A stretch of DNA of 64,000 bases from Vicugna vicugna (lineage: Eukaryota): assembly GCA_013265495.1 (NCBI GenBank), contig MU058444.1, forward strand, positions 558,001-622,000. Direction: 5' to 3'. The first letter of the stretch is position 1, and each line of letters starts with the position of its first letter. The position numbers were made by a program, and so were the translations under genes. Below are positions 51,848-64,000 of this stretch, in pieces. The notes below the pieces were generated by a model, which was not told where the DNA came from, ran no database searches, and was given only the letters and a program-made list of their open reading frames with translations.

Positions 51848-53539
51848 GTAAATCCCATGGACATATTCTGCTGTGGTTCCTGCCTCATGGTGGGGAGGGA
51901 AGGACCCACTACACAACTTCCCTGTAAAACACGCTGAAAGGTGCCTGTTTCTGATGAGGAGCAGGGAGCCCTGTCCTTTCCTGGAACCAACATTCCTCCC
52001 TCGACCCACACACATCCATCTCACCAGTGTTTTGTCTCATCTTTCTCATTCTATCCGGATGGGACAGAATCATTTTCTAGTTGGTCTTTATCACCAACTC
52101 TTGGGAGTAAACGGGCAGTGAATGCCCTCAGGATCCCCAAGCATGAATGCAGACTCTCTTCTGTTCTACAAAAAGAAGAAATACAATTGCTGGATATTAA
52201 TAGCCCGCTAGAGATTAGAATTTAAGATTAGTCAAGATCTGCCTAATGCATTTCTTATCCAAAGGCAAGGGAGGGGCTGAGCAAGGACATCACATAGAGA
52301 GGAAACTAATAAATATTGAGTGCCTGTTGTACACCTAGTACTGAATCTTTTCTACTTATAAATGTTCAATTCATGGACTCTCACTATGTGAATGAAATTA
52401 TGCTGCAATTAAAAGCACTCACCACCAGTAGGTGGGGTTAGTAGTCACGTTAGGTCGTTTTAGTTATTGTGTTTCTTGAGTCGTAGACAGGAAGTCTGCC
52501 ATGCATGGAGATAATTTATGATCATGATTAGCCCCATCCTAGTAGATAAGTATAAAATATGTGTCAAAATGAAAAGACATGATGGGCTGGAAACTAGAGA
52601 TAATTTTTGTAAATTAAGAGTGATAAAGGAATGGATGAGTATTGCACAAGTGTATGGAATAACTCATTTTTCAGTAAGAACGAATCCAAAGGGCACACAA
52701 CAAATCATGAAATACTTGAAGACCGGTGTCTGTACCACTGAAATTAATAGACAAAAGATGAGGGAAAGCAATTGAAAAAAAGGAAAGTTTCTGACTGTGT
52801 GGTTTTAGCAATTGTTTTTGAGCTTACCTGTATTTCCTTCTATGCTGATGAAATCATCACTTTGGGGGATAAGACCTGAAGACCAGCTTACTTTTATTTT
52901 GTGTAATTTTTACTTCCCAGGTGATTCTATTCTGCAGTCAGTGTGTCCATCACTGGGCTAGGAGTTCAGAAGTGAATCGGTGGGTCTGTAAATAAAAGGG
53001 CTTTTAAACACGGGGTGTGCTAGTGTTGTACATTTAGCATGATTATTTCAAACTAGTGGTGATTTCTCAGGCTCCAAGCTTTTTTTTTTTCCGATTTTGT
53101 ACATTGAAATAAGTGATGAGACAATAAAGGCTATTGCCATAAGCTAAGACGGGCCCTTCCACTTGCGCAGAGATCATTGGTAAAGGGTTGACCTTATCCC
53201 CACATTTTCCTGTAGATGAAAGAGCCATGTTTTGAAAAAAGATCTCTAAATAAGTATATATCAGCACACAGGATAAGTTTAGGTTGATTCAATGCTGGGA
53301 GTTTTGAAGGAGGATGGTACGTGAGGACCAGGGTGGAGGAAAAAAAAAAAGAACCAGGGTGGGGAAAGGATTGAGAATGTTGGTGAAACCATGTTTTAAG
53401 GGACCATAGGGAAAGGAGCTTAAGAGTAAGCAGATATATTGGGAACCTTATGAAAAATGGGACAAGAAGCAGGAAAGAATGAATGAAAGCATAGAATTTA
53501 CAGGAGGAAAGAGTTTTTAGGTGGAAAACTTTGTAATGG

Positions 53540-53780
53540 TAAATAACAGTTATTTAACACGTGTGATGTGCTAAGTACTTTATGGATGATCTCATTTAAA
53601 TTTCCCACCCACCCAACGTGGTAATAAATATTGTTGTCTACATTTTGCAGATGAAGAAATTCAAGCGTAGAGAAACTAAGCCACTTGCCCGAAGACCTGC
53701 CGCTAGGCAGTGGGGAAACGAGGATTTGAATTCCATTGGTCTAACTCCTTGACCAGTTTGGTCTAAAGCGCTAAATGCTG
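53540..53780 (-). mobile_element. MIR SINE
   Basis: cattttgcagatgaagaaattcaagcgtagagaaactaagccacttgccc...ggatttgaa MIR core. Confidence 0.75.
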
Positions 53781-54984
53781 CAGAAGATTCAGGTATAATA
53801 GAGATGGACATAGGTTAGTGGGAAATGATGTCAGGACACGCCTGGCGATCACTGGCGGAAATGGAAACAGCACTTTGCAGGAGTTTAGCGACTCAGTGGA
53901 TGGCAAGGAAGTGAAGGCAGCCATTTTGGGAATGGAGAGACAAGGGGATTCTGGCGAGTGATACCAAGATGATGTACAAGGAAAACAACGAAGGATAAAG
54001 AGACTTGCCCTGGATGACAGCCTGAGAGGAAGGTGAAACAATGAGGATACAATTGTGAGTCCAATAATTTATGGAGCAAAGTCAGGGAGCAAGCTGGATG
54101 GGTTGGAATTATGGATTAACCTTGGAGAGGAAGACCCTCCTTTTATAGGAAAGTAATGGAGGACCAGAGAAGCAAATTGCCAACCCGAGATCACAAAGCC
54201 AATTAGACAGGAGCTCAGGGACCAGAGTCCAGGTTTTCTGGTTGTCTGGGCAAGTCCTTTCTAGTAGGCAACCCAACCACTCTCGCTGAATCATCGTCTG
54301 CTGGTTACTTAGCCCCCATCCAAAGGGAGTTATTATAGTTAATGAATAAATACAATCTAGCAAAACCCACTGTAAATGTGCAGCTCTACAGACACACTAA
54401 ATACATTCTGACCTTTGAATTTCCTTCTCGACTCCCTCCCCACTGAAGCTGTTCAGCACAGAGCACTGACTTTTCTTGACTCTACACTGCCTTCTGGATA
54501 CAGCAGGTTCTTGCTTTGATGTCAAGCAGAGATTCAGGTGGAGAAAACTTACGTCACTGTCAGGGAATTTCTAGCTGAATTAGGCGCCACTAGGCCTTGA
54601 AATCAAAATGTTTCTAGTAGGTAGAAGGGGTACAGATGGGAAGTCAAGCCCGCGTGTGACTCGGCATGATTTAGAGCAACTTGTTATTGACATGACAGCT
54701 CCTAGCAGGCAACCTCACGAAAGCCCGAATTTTAGTGGCAGTGCAAGTTGGTGAAATGAATAATTGTGGTTTTGACTTTTGAATTTCCTACCTCTTGCCA
54801 GGAGTTATTGCAGCCATCATTTGGCGCCATGTGTATTCCAGAGAGGTTTGTGATTTAAGAATCTAGATTATTTTGGACGCAGGCAATATTCAGTGTATCA
54901 CTTACCCATAAGACTTTACGTATTTATTTGTATGGCGATGGACTTTTTTTTCCATGATGTGAAATATCATGAATTTTTCAGGGC

Positions 54985-55116
54985 TTTTTCTAGGGGGGAG
55001 GTAATTAAGTTTTTTGGTTGATTGATTGATTTTAATGGAGGTCCTAGGGATTGAGCCCAGGACCTGGTGCATGCTAAGTTAAGCATGCACTTTACCACCG
55101 AGCTCTACCCTCCCCC
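54985..55116 (-). mobile_element. tRNA-Ala-derived SINE just upstream of the TINAG promoter
   Basis: Antisense head and tail module. Confidence 0.88.
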
Positions 55117-55179
55117 TGTATAAACTTTTAACTTCAGAGGAATGGCGATCGTCTATTTCTAACACTTACATTATCTTGG

Positions 55180-55211
55180 GCAAACATTGAAATTCTCGGT
55201 TAATGTTTAAC
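55180..55211 (+). promoter_or_regulatory. TINAG: TINAG proximal promoter motifs: Forkhead-type GCAAACA (55180-55186) and HNF1 site GTTAATGTTTAAC (55199-55211)
   Basis: One mismatch to the HNF1 palindrome GTTAATNATTAAC, about 150 bp upstream of the ATG. Fits the kidney/intestine expression of TINAG. Confidence 0.7.
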
Positions 55212-55363
55212 TGCAAGAAGTACACTTAGTTCAAGTAAAGGATCCATTTCAAGATTCAGGCTGAGTTGTCTTGATGATTAGAATTCAGGCTCCGAGGAGA
55301 AGCTCTGAGGCCAAGGTTATCGAGTAGAAGAGAAAATTTGGAGCCACATCTGACCTCTTGAGA

Positions 55364-55718
55364 ATGTGGACCAGATATATGATCTTAATCCTCTCTTATC
55401 TTATCACAGAAATGTGGATGGAGAGACAGCATTTATCTCAAAGAGACGTGGAACCAGGAGCTGATCTCACTAGGAATCACACCCTCCGGGAAGGCACTCG
55501 ATTCAAAAGAGTCGTTTTCGAAGGGCAGTACTGTAGAAACTTTGGTTGTTGCGAAGCCAGGGATGATGACTGTGTCACTCAGTTCTACGAGGCGAAGGCG
55601 CTGTGTTACTGTGACGCATTCTGCGAAAGGGAAAATTCTGATTGCTGTCCTGATTATAAGTCATTTTGCCGTGAAGAAAAAGAATGGCCTCTTCACATAA
55701 AGCCTTGGCATCCAGAAG
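55364..55718 (+). CDS. TINAG: TINAG (tubulointerstitial nephritis antigen) exon 1 coding part, 355 nt
   Basis: ATG at 55364. MWTRYMILILSYLITEMW signal-like N-terminus, NHT sequon, furin-type RFKR, Cys-rich somatomedin-B-like domain (YCRNFGCC...LCYCDAFC...DCCPDYKSFC). AAG|GTAAGG donor, phase 1. Confidence 0.96.
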
Positions 55719-55779
55719 GTAAGGTTTGGGGATGTGTTCAAGCGTTATCTTAGTTTATAACGAGATCTGTCAACCTTTC

Positions 55780-55860
55780 TCTATTTCTCTTTCCTCCTTG
55801 CCTCCCTCCCTCTCTTCCTTCCTTCTCCTTTCTTTCCTGCCCTCCCTTCCTTCCTGTCTT
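55780..55860. repeat. CT-rich (CCTT/CCCT) low-complexity tract
   Basis: Seen directly. Confidence 0.85.
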
Positions 55861-56964
55861 AAGGTGTCTTTCAATCACCAGGACAAATTTCTTTGGATTG
55901 TTGACATGCTTTGGTTTAAGGGCAGGGTACCAACATCGCACGAGCTAGCCTGTTCAGAAAAGTTCTGGTGTGACAGCCATGAAGGCTGGTCTAGATTCTG
56001 TTTCGAATACTCACTCCGCTTCTACAAAGGTTACTTAAAATTCTTCCTTTGTAAGATGTATTGACAAAAGGACTCTCTCGCTTTTTTTTTGAGTGGAATC
56101 TCTTAGAGAATTTCATCAAAGTCCCAGGCCCGATCATCCACAGATTTATGTAACATTTTACTTATTATTTCCTGGGCCTGAAGGACTTCGTAGCATTAGA
56201 ACCTATAAACTAGCAATGCCAGGAAAATGGTATAAAAGCAAAATAAAGTCGGTTCCCCTCCCTGCCTGAGTCATACCGAACAGTTTCTTCATATGTGTTT
56301 CTGTCTGGATTCATTTACCCAGTCTGGGGTTTTAAACTATTAAACACAAAAAGAGTGCTCCATATAGAGTAGTTTTAAAAGTCTAAGACTGAGTGAATAA
56401 ATATAAGTAATTCATAAGGAGAATGGTGGCATTTACTGCATTGGTCTAATTATAGTAGAATGGCTGTAGATTCTGAGCAAACAATATTTCCAAAATTTGC
56501 AAAACCACAAGACAAAACACTATGCTCCACGTATATGAGGCAGAAATGCAGATTTAGTGAGAACACTGTCACACCGCTGTCAGTGGGTGTTGGAGGCTGG
56601 AAACCACAGTTAAAGGACCATTTAGGATAAGCTGGGATTTTGCATCCTTATTTCAAAGTCCAGATGCTGACTGTGACCTTCATTCTCAATAATGTTATCT
56701 TCTTTGTAAAACTGAGGAAATGCTCCTTCAAACACACGTGTATTATGTCTAAATTTCCACATCAGTGCCATTCATGTGAGGCCTTTGATTTACCAATAAA
56801 CAGCTCAGCCAACATTTATTTCACCCTAAAAATGGAAAGATAGTCTATTAGAAATGGGAGGTGTGGTCATTCATCAAAAAACATTCATTGACTATCTCCA
56901 CCGTGCCAGGCAACAATGGGGAAGAAAAGATAAGATCTTATTGTGACTGAAGTGACAGTCAAGT

Positions 56965-57005
56965 TGTGTGTGTGTGTGTGTGTGTGTGTTGGGGGGTGTG
57001 TGTGT
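56965..57005. repeat. (TG)n microsatellite within an L2 relic (about 56865-57430)
   Basis: TG run seen directly; flanking cattcatcaaaaaacattcattgact is L2-like. Confidence 0.8.
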
Positions 57006-59387
57006 AAGATATTTAACAAACTCACTGTACAATTGCAAGTTGTGTTAAATTCTCTGAAAGGAATGTTTAGGGTGCTGTGAGGAAGTATGTCAGAATATAA
57101 CGTTAATGTGTAAAGAGATACATAACGTTAGCCTGGGTGGGGGAGGTCAGTGAGGGAAGACGTTTAAGCTGAGGCTTGAGGAGGGAGGGGAACTGAGGGA
57201 GAGCTGATGGAAAGGCCTTTGAGATTTAAGATTTCCAGGCCTGGCGAGGTCTGGAAATTGGATGGAAGCCACCATTTCTAGAGAGTAATGGTTAGCAGAG
57301 GGTCATATGAGGTGATATGAGAGGTGAGTGAATAGAGAGGTCAGATTTTGTCAGGATTTACAGGTCATATTAAGGATTTAAGATTTTATCCTATTTTGAG
57401 AACTCATTGAAAGATGTCAAGTAAGCATAGCTGCTTGGGTGCTGAGTAGAAATATTCTGTATAAGCTGTGTTCAAAGCGTATTTGAACTGATCTTGTTTG
57501 AATCATAGGACCCATTTAGGAAGGAAGTGGCTACTTCTGCAATGTCCGGTTTTGCTTGAAAGCTAGGGTTTTGCCGAGGCTTTAATTCAGGCTCATGTTT
57601 TAGTTAGAACTTATTTCTAGGTACAGTTTTTATTCCTATAGTTTTTATTCCATATTCTTTCATTATGGAAGGATGCAATTAATCATTTTATTTCATAGCA
57701 AAAAGTTCACATTAGACTGTAATTGCTCTCATAAAGATAATTTTTTTTCTTTTGTTTTGTCTTCCTTATGAAAGTAGCTGGTTGAAAGGAAATAGCACAA
57801 TATTGAAAAATTGTATAAAATCAGCTAAAATAAATAGACAATGCTACATTATTTGTATTAATTTTTTGCGTGTATAAAGTGACCTCCCTCTGAGATGTTG
57901 GAGTTGTTGATCCACTGATTTATTAAATGTTTTTCACTTACCTAGTTACATGGTGTTATCTAGTTTCTTATACTGCAACTCTTTTGAAGCCTGGGACTTG
58001 AAACTATATATATTATTTTAAGGTTTAAAAAAATAAATATATCCGCTTTGTATGGACTGGATCTAGGTCATATCAGGAAGCGTCTTCCTTCTGGGCTTTT
58101 TTTTTCCCCATCTCTGCTGGTTAACTCCCCGAAATTGGAGGATTTCAAATATCAGATACAGAAAACAAATGATCATCTTTGAAACAGATCCAGAGCGGAT
58201 TTTCCAGACGGAATCTCTGGTGTAGCAGAGCTTAAGGAAAGAGCCTAAGGTACCATCTGCTGTGAACAGACATAAGCTAATTTGCTGATGCACAATTCTT
58301 ATGTCCAACGTGGGTTAAAAAAATGTATGGAAACCACCCACCCATTTGAATCAACTGAGGGTTACTTACTCCTTCACCACCTCCTTAACCACATTACCAT
58401 GAAGACAAATCACAGTCCAAGCTCTCCCATACATACTGATGGTTACAAAAAATATTTATGTATATCGGTAAGGAGACAATCCAATTCCTCCAACCTCTGC
58501 AAGCTTCAAGAAACCTCAAGTCCCTGCCCTGTTAGATGTCCCCACATCTGCCTTGCTTGAAAGATTTCTCGGAATTTTCCCACGTGAGAATATTACAGAG
58601 GGTGTCAGTGAACGATAAACCCTCCTACCCCGCGGCTGGACCTTTTAGAGATCAATTCCCTGGCAGCAGGTCTAAATGTGAAGGCTTCTGACCTTAAAAG
58701 ATATACAAAAGCGTGAGATCCGCCTTTAACACCTTTCAGCTATCTATGTAAATTGAATGCTGTGAATTTAACCAATAAGAGTTGATTACTTTATATCCAT
58801 TATGCTGATTAACAAGCCACTAATTTTACCAATGAAAGCCCATTTCTGACACTCATTATACGGGTATTCTAGTGTCCATTAAAAAGTGGCTAATGGAAGC
58901 ACTTGTAAGCAGCTGCCCTGGAATCCAGCCTTTCAGGGTAAATGCTCCTGACCGCCCCTGCGATGCGCATTCCTGATTAGAGCATCCAGCTGCCTTCCCC
59001 AAAGTGAAGTTTGGACCAGCACGGATATTATCATACATCAAGATGCAGTATTTTAAAATCAGTTATTTCATGTTATCATCTTTTCTCACATCAATAGACT
59101 GATTTCACTTTCCAAATATCTGATTTGCCTCATTTTGTATTAGTGGCTATTAAAGTTGCAAAACTCCTTTAATCTCTACAGCCATTACTTTAAACATTTT
59201 TACATATGTATGTATGTATGTATGGACATCAAGGGGGAACCAGTTTGATTAACTTGCTTTGAGGTGCTGTATACACTTTTCCCTGAGAAAATAAAGCCAC
59301 CAGGAAATCTCTCATCTCTCCAGGATCATAATTTTCAACCTACCTCCATCTTAGTTACTTTTTACATCAAGTAGATTTCTCCCCTTC

Positions 59388-59496
59388 TTTTTGGGAGGAA
59401 GGAGTGGGTAATAGGCTATTTATTTATTTTTTAAGGGAGGTCCTGGGGATTGAACCCAGGACCTTAAGCATGCTAGGCAGGCGCTCTGCCCTCCCA
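59388..59496 (-). mobile_element. tRNA-Ala-derived SINE (partial)
   Basis: ggaggtcctggggattgaacccaggaccttaagcatgctagg. Confidence 0.85.
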
Positions 59497-61323
59497 CCAT
59501 GGGATTCCTCCTCTTGAATTCTGAGTCCCATCCTTTCTTGTCTTTTCAAGATCTTCACCCTTACTGTTGCCCCTCCCTCCTTCTCCCTTCCCTCCCTCTT
59601 TCTCCTTTTCTCCCCTCTCCCCGGATTCTTCCCTCCTGAAGCATCATTTCCCCCTTCTTTCTGAGATCAATCCATTTTACAAAACTATCAATTTACAAAA
59701 GTATTTTTGTAGCTCCCAACTTTGAAAAAGCCCTCCCTCGACTCCATGTCCTTAACCAACTTTTTATTTCCTTCTTTATCTCGTTTCCTTCTTTCCTTGA
59801 ATGGCAAACTGTCTGAAAGGAGCCCTTTACTTCCTGCGTCTCAAGTCTCTCACCAGCTCATTCCTCAAGCCCTCGTTCCCTACTGCTTTACTAAACTCTA
59901 TCTCAGCGGGGCTGTTGAAGACTTCCACGTTTCCAGACGCACTATTCAGATACCTGTTCTTTTTTTGACCTCTCAGCAGTACCATACCTAGTGACCACTT
60001 CCGCCTGTCCAGGACACTTTCTTCTCTTGCTTTCCAAGACTCCACCCTCTTCTGGATTCCCTACTTCCTCACAGGTCACTCCTCCCCAGTTTCCTGAGTG
60101 TCTGTTGGCTACAGTGTTTGAGCTGAGTCCTGGACGGCTTTCTCTTACCTACACATACCCTCTCAAGCACACTCGTATTTAGTCTCAAGGCTTTAAAAAT
60201 ATGTGTTGCTGTCTCTCAAAATCATGCTTCGGTCTTGACTTAACTGTGGACATCAGTGACTACCCTACTTGACATTCTCCATTAGAATGTCCAACCAATT
60301 TAGATTTAGAGTTAGTCTAAATCAAACCCAGGCAAAGCAAAAATGAGGTATGCTTGATTCCTCTTCTTGCTTGTTCTCCAAAATCAATCCAAGAGCTGGT
60401 CCCATTTGCTTGGCCTCCAAATTATGTTCAGCTTATTAGTATTGTGCAACTGCGTCATCCCTCTGGGAACCCCACCTCAGCCAGCACAACAGGAGCGATG
60501 AGGACAAAGATTACGGAAGGGAAAATTTGGATAAGGTCTTATAGCTCATGGTAAGAAGTTTGGCTTTATTCTAGGATAAAGGCTTATAAGTCATTGTAAG
60601 AAATCTGCATTTGTTCTAAATTTGATGAGGAATACCTTGAGGATTTTAAGCAGGGATACGACATAGATTTGAAAAGATCTTTCTAAATGTCATGCAGGGA
60701 ATGGGGTGGGGCACACTGGAGTTGGGAAGGAGTGTCTCAAGGGGTGTGTAGAGGCTCACACTCCACCCTGTGAGCACCTTGGCCAGACTCAGGTGAACGG
60801 ATTATAGTTTTTGTTCAAGAGGCCAACTCTCAAGTGTGATTACCACAACCACTGTTTCTCAGTGTCAATTGTGACTTGATGTTAAGGAAGGAAGATCAAG
60901 AAATGGAAGGTTTGCTAACACTAGATGTGGTACTACTGACTTGGGGTAGGCCTGGTGACAGCATTCTCTTGACTTCAAAATTAGGAGCTGGGGTACAGAG
61001 AAGGTCAGAGAAGGGACAGCCTTTTTTCATTAGGACTTTTGTTCCCTTTATCTGTGCAACTGGTAGGTTGGACAAGCATGATTCGGCCACCACTCCCCCA
61101 CCCCCCAAACGTCTCCCTTTAAAACGAGCCAGGGAAGTACTTCCCTTGACTTTGAATAAAACTTGAATTGTTGCATGAACTTTCTGTTGCTCCTTTCAGG
61201 GTCTTTGTAAGCTGTAAACATAGCAATTTATTTACTGAAAGTGTTTGATTCTGGGTAGTAATGAAAACTCTGACCTGGATTTAAAGTTAAGTCCTCCCCC
61301 TCCCCTGAGTTTGCTGCATCAAA

Positions 61324-61369
61324 GATGCCTGTGGTCCAGGAGAGAGGATGCCTGTGGTCCAGGGGAGAG
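61324..61369. repeat. 23-bp tandem duplication gatgcctgtggtccagg(a/g)gagag x2
   Basis: Seen directly; one mismatch. Confidence 0.95.
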
Positions 61370-62507
61370 GTGGTCACCTTCTCTCTTCCCATGACGGCAG
61401 AATGTCAAAAATCCACGGAAGAGAGGAAAATAGATGCAAAGAGATGCAAATACATGGAGGTTTTAGATTCATTAAGCAAAATATTGAACTGCAAGAACAC
61501 GGTGCCTACTGAAGAGGGCAGTTATAAAATGTTCCCTGTGGCACAATTTTTGGAAAAATCAGAGGGTGGCTGATTTGTAAGTGGCTTTTGTGACATTGTG
61601 GCCAGTAGTTAAACCAGGTCCCTTGGAATGATTTCTAAACTTGTAGATTTCTCCCAGGATTGTATGAGTGAAAACTTAGAATTCACTTTAATTAGGGGCC
61701 ACTGACGTGATCTGTCAACTACACGTTTCTGTCAAAAATGTTTTCACACATCAAAGTAATGAACTTTGCTGCTTTTGTTAATTCAACATGGACTTTAAAT
61801 TTGTCTAAATTATATTTTCAAAAGGGATTTAATTTGTAGCCAGGGTACTATTTTCACAATATCTCACTGCTTGGTTTCCATATAACGATAATTCACACTT
61901 GTTCTCTTTTGAGTAATTTATATAATCTGGTAAAATAATCAAAAATGTGTTTCAGTGGATAGTTGAGAAACATTTGGATCTGGAACACAAATGGCTACAC
62001 TCTTAATATTTTTCTCCTGACCCAAATTCTGAAGAGAAAAACAGGGTCGATCTTTTTAAGGTGAATTCCATGAAAAAGGCTTTATACTTTGGTCCAAAAC
62101 TTTGAGTTCCTTACTCTAATCATATGCAATTAATCATATTCACGTATGAAACTTGATTTGATCTGTTAAAATGAGAAATGTCATAAATTCTATCACATTA
62201 CCTATTTAAATACATTAATTATTTTTCAAGTGCATTAGTGATTAACGCCTTGGTAGTCTAGTTTTTATGCTTTAGAAATCCTTTTAGTTGGAACATAATG
62301 CAGTGTAAAGATAGAAGTTCATGGAGCAAGCCCAGAAGAATTCAATGTATAAACCTCAACGCAAACCCCATGTGGATTTCCATCAGATTGGCACCAGATA
62401 TTTTTTCAGAGTTGAAAAACTAAATGCGATTTTAGATTACTTGTTATGTGAATGCATTTTATCATTTCATTTGGAAATTTTCACTTGTTTCCATGTTATG
62501 TTGACAG

Positions 62508-62571
62508 GTTGCCACAGAGATGGTCAACATTATGAAGAAGGATCAGTAATTAAAGAAAACTGCAATTCCTG
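62508..62571 (+). CDS. TINAG: TINAG exon 2, 64 nt
   Basis: tgaCAG acceptor and CTG|GTAATG donor. Continues the frame: (G)CHRDGQHYEEGSVIKENCNS(C), start of a VWC-like module. Confidence 0.95.
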
Positions 62572-63214
62572 GTAATGAATTTAAGTGGCACAGAGCTGAA
62601 TTCTGCTGTCTGTGTATGTTTTCCTCAAATAAAAGGAATATTTGTGAAACAAAGCATATGTTTAAATACAGAGAGAGAGAATCATGTCGTATATCACATA
62701 ACTATAGTTTGTTTTTACAAGCGTGTTTTAATTTTAATGAAATTTAGGATCTAATCATGAATATTTCCTTTAATGTTTGACTTTGCTGTTTGTGACAGTG
62801 GGCCTTGATCATACAGCAGGCCTGCAGTAAACACACCTCTTAAATACGCTACAGGCAAACCATGTTTCCCTGAACACAGTAACTATACGTAAAATCAGGC
62901 TGCCTTAAAAGGATTATCCTGCAGAAACTTTCCAATTACAAATGCATTCAAATGACCATCTCCGTTGTCTCATGTTTTCAAACTGCAAAGAATGCGTGAG
63001 CATTTCATTTATTAACTGATTGCAGTAGAAGATAGTGGGTGGTAGCTAATGCCTGTGTTCGGATTTATTTTTGCCGAGAATTAAATAGTCACATGATGAA
63101 CATTAATCCAAACTGTTTTATGCCTTAGCAACATGCAAGTCTGGTTATTACTTTTGTCATCGCACTCCCTAAAGGCCAGGCCACTTTCGCAATTTTTTTT
63201 TTTTATCTTTGCAG

Positions 63215-63304
63215 CACATGCTCAGGACAGCAGTGGAAGTGTTCCCAGCATGTATGCCTTGTTCAACCAGGACTAATTGAACATATCAATAAAGGAGACT
63301 ATGG
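63215..63304 (+). CDS. TINAG: TINAG exon 3, 90 nt (missed by the ORF track)
   Basis: Poly-T tract plus tttgCAG acceptor and TGG|GTGAGA donor. Encodes (C)TCSGQQWKCSQHVCLVQPGLIEHINKGDY(G), in phase with exon 2. Confidence 0.95.
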
Positions 63305-64000
63305 GTGAGAGAAATCTTGCTTTGTAGGCTTTTTGACACTGCTCGTTACTCCCCAGACTTCAAACAACATATTTCCTATCTTCTAAAATTGGTCATTTTT
63401 TTAGAAAAAAAAAGTAGGAGAGAAATGGGAAAAGAGGTAGGAAGGCATGTGAAATGGGAATGCACAGAGGTGAACGTGAAATAGTTAAAAAGCAAAATGC
63501 ACCAAGAAGAAATATAGAGCACAGTCTTAAATTGTCTAGAAAGGAGCGGTGTCATGGTGTGAGCGAGGTGAGTGGAGGGAGCTTTAGTTCAGATAAGGAT
63601 TCAAGCAAAATCCGAAAACAGACTTGATTTATTCACGTTAAGCATCTTTCCTTCCGTTGCTGCCCTGAACCAACCAATCACATGCTCAGCTCTTCTGGGT
63701 AGAATCAGTCCTTAAGGGGCTGTATTTTATCTGGTTGGCTCCCCCAGTCAACCAGTCCATCTAGCCAAGTTCACCGCTGTGACTGACATCTAGCCAATTT
63801 CACTCACAGTTGAGTCAAAAGACAGGCTGAGCCACGTTATTTTGCTAATAAACTAAAAATAGGGCTGACTGACATGGAAACACATGACATAACTGTTTGA
63901 TGCTCTCCAACAGATTGATAAACTAGGTGGCTTTCCCACCTCCATGGAGGGAATCGGGTTGTAGGTGCTAACCTGGGCTTTCTTTACTAAACTGAGAGGA

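Noticed and set aside
55358..55753. TINAG ORF boundaries as given in the track
   Set aside because: The track starts at a TTG and reads into the intron. The real start is ATG 55364 and the exon ends at the donor at 55718.
7852..59496. tRNA-Ala-like sequences as true tRNA genes
   Set aside because: Twelve dispersed copies with A-rich tails, TSDs and stem mismatches indicate SINEs.
1..64000. The 60-200 aa ORFs of the supplied track as genes
   Set aside because: Apart from those overlapping MLIP/TINAG exons or L1 ends, they have no recognisable domains, often use non-ATG starts, and lie in introns or repeats. This is expected noise in mammalian DNA.

Overview
Mammalian (most likely camelid) genomic DNA containing the 3' end of MLIP and the 5' end of TINAG, both on the + strand. 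The taxon is inferred from 12 copies of a tRNA-Ala-derived, vic-1-type SINE. MLIP coding exons are at 7542-7748, 29651-29704 and a terminal exon starting at 37600 (CAA TGA). TINAG coding exons 1-3 are at 55364-55718, 62508-62571 and 63215-63304, with an HNF1-type site in the promoter. The rest is intronic or intergenic and rich in interspersed repeats (SINEs, L1 3' fragments, ERV1 solo LTRs, MLT, MIR, L2, Tigger/hAT DNA elements). Almost all ORFs in the supplied track are spurious. I found no prokaryote-type system and cannot support a new gene. The most interesting unexplained structures are: candidate alternative 3' ends and a poison exon of MLIP; diverged ~118-bp direct repeats flanking the MLIP terminal exon; a ~140-bp apparently locally templated insertion into a MIR; a ~310-bp near-identical tandem duplication; a SINE inserted into another SINE's target-site duplication; and a single strand switch among the SINE copies. 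Repeat family names and boundaries are recognised by eye and are approximate.
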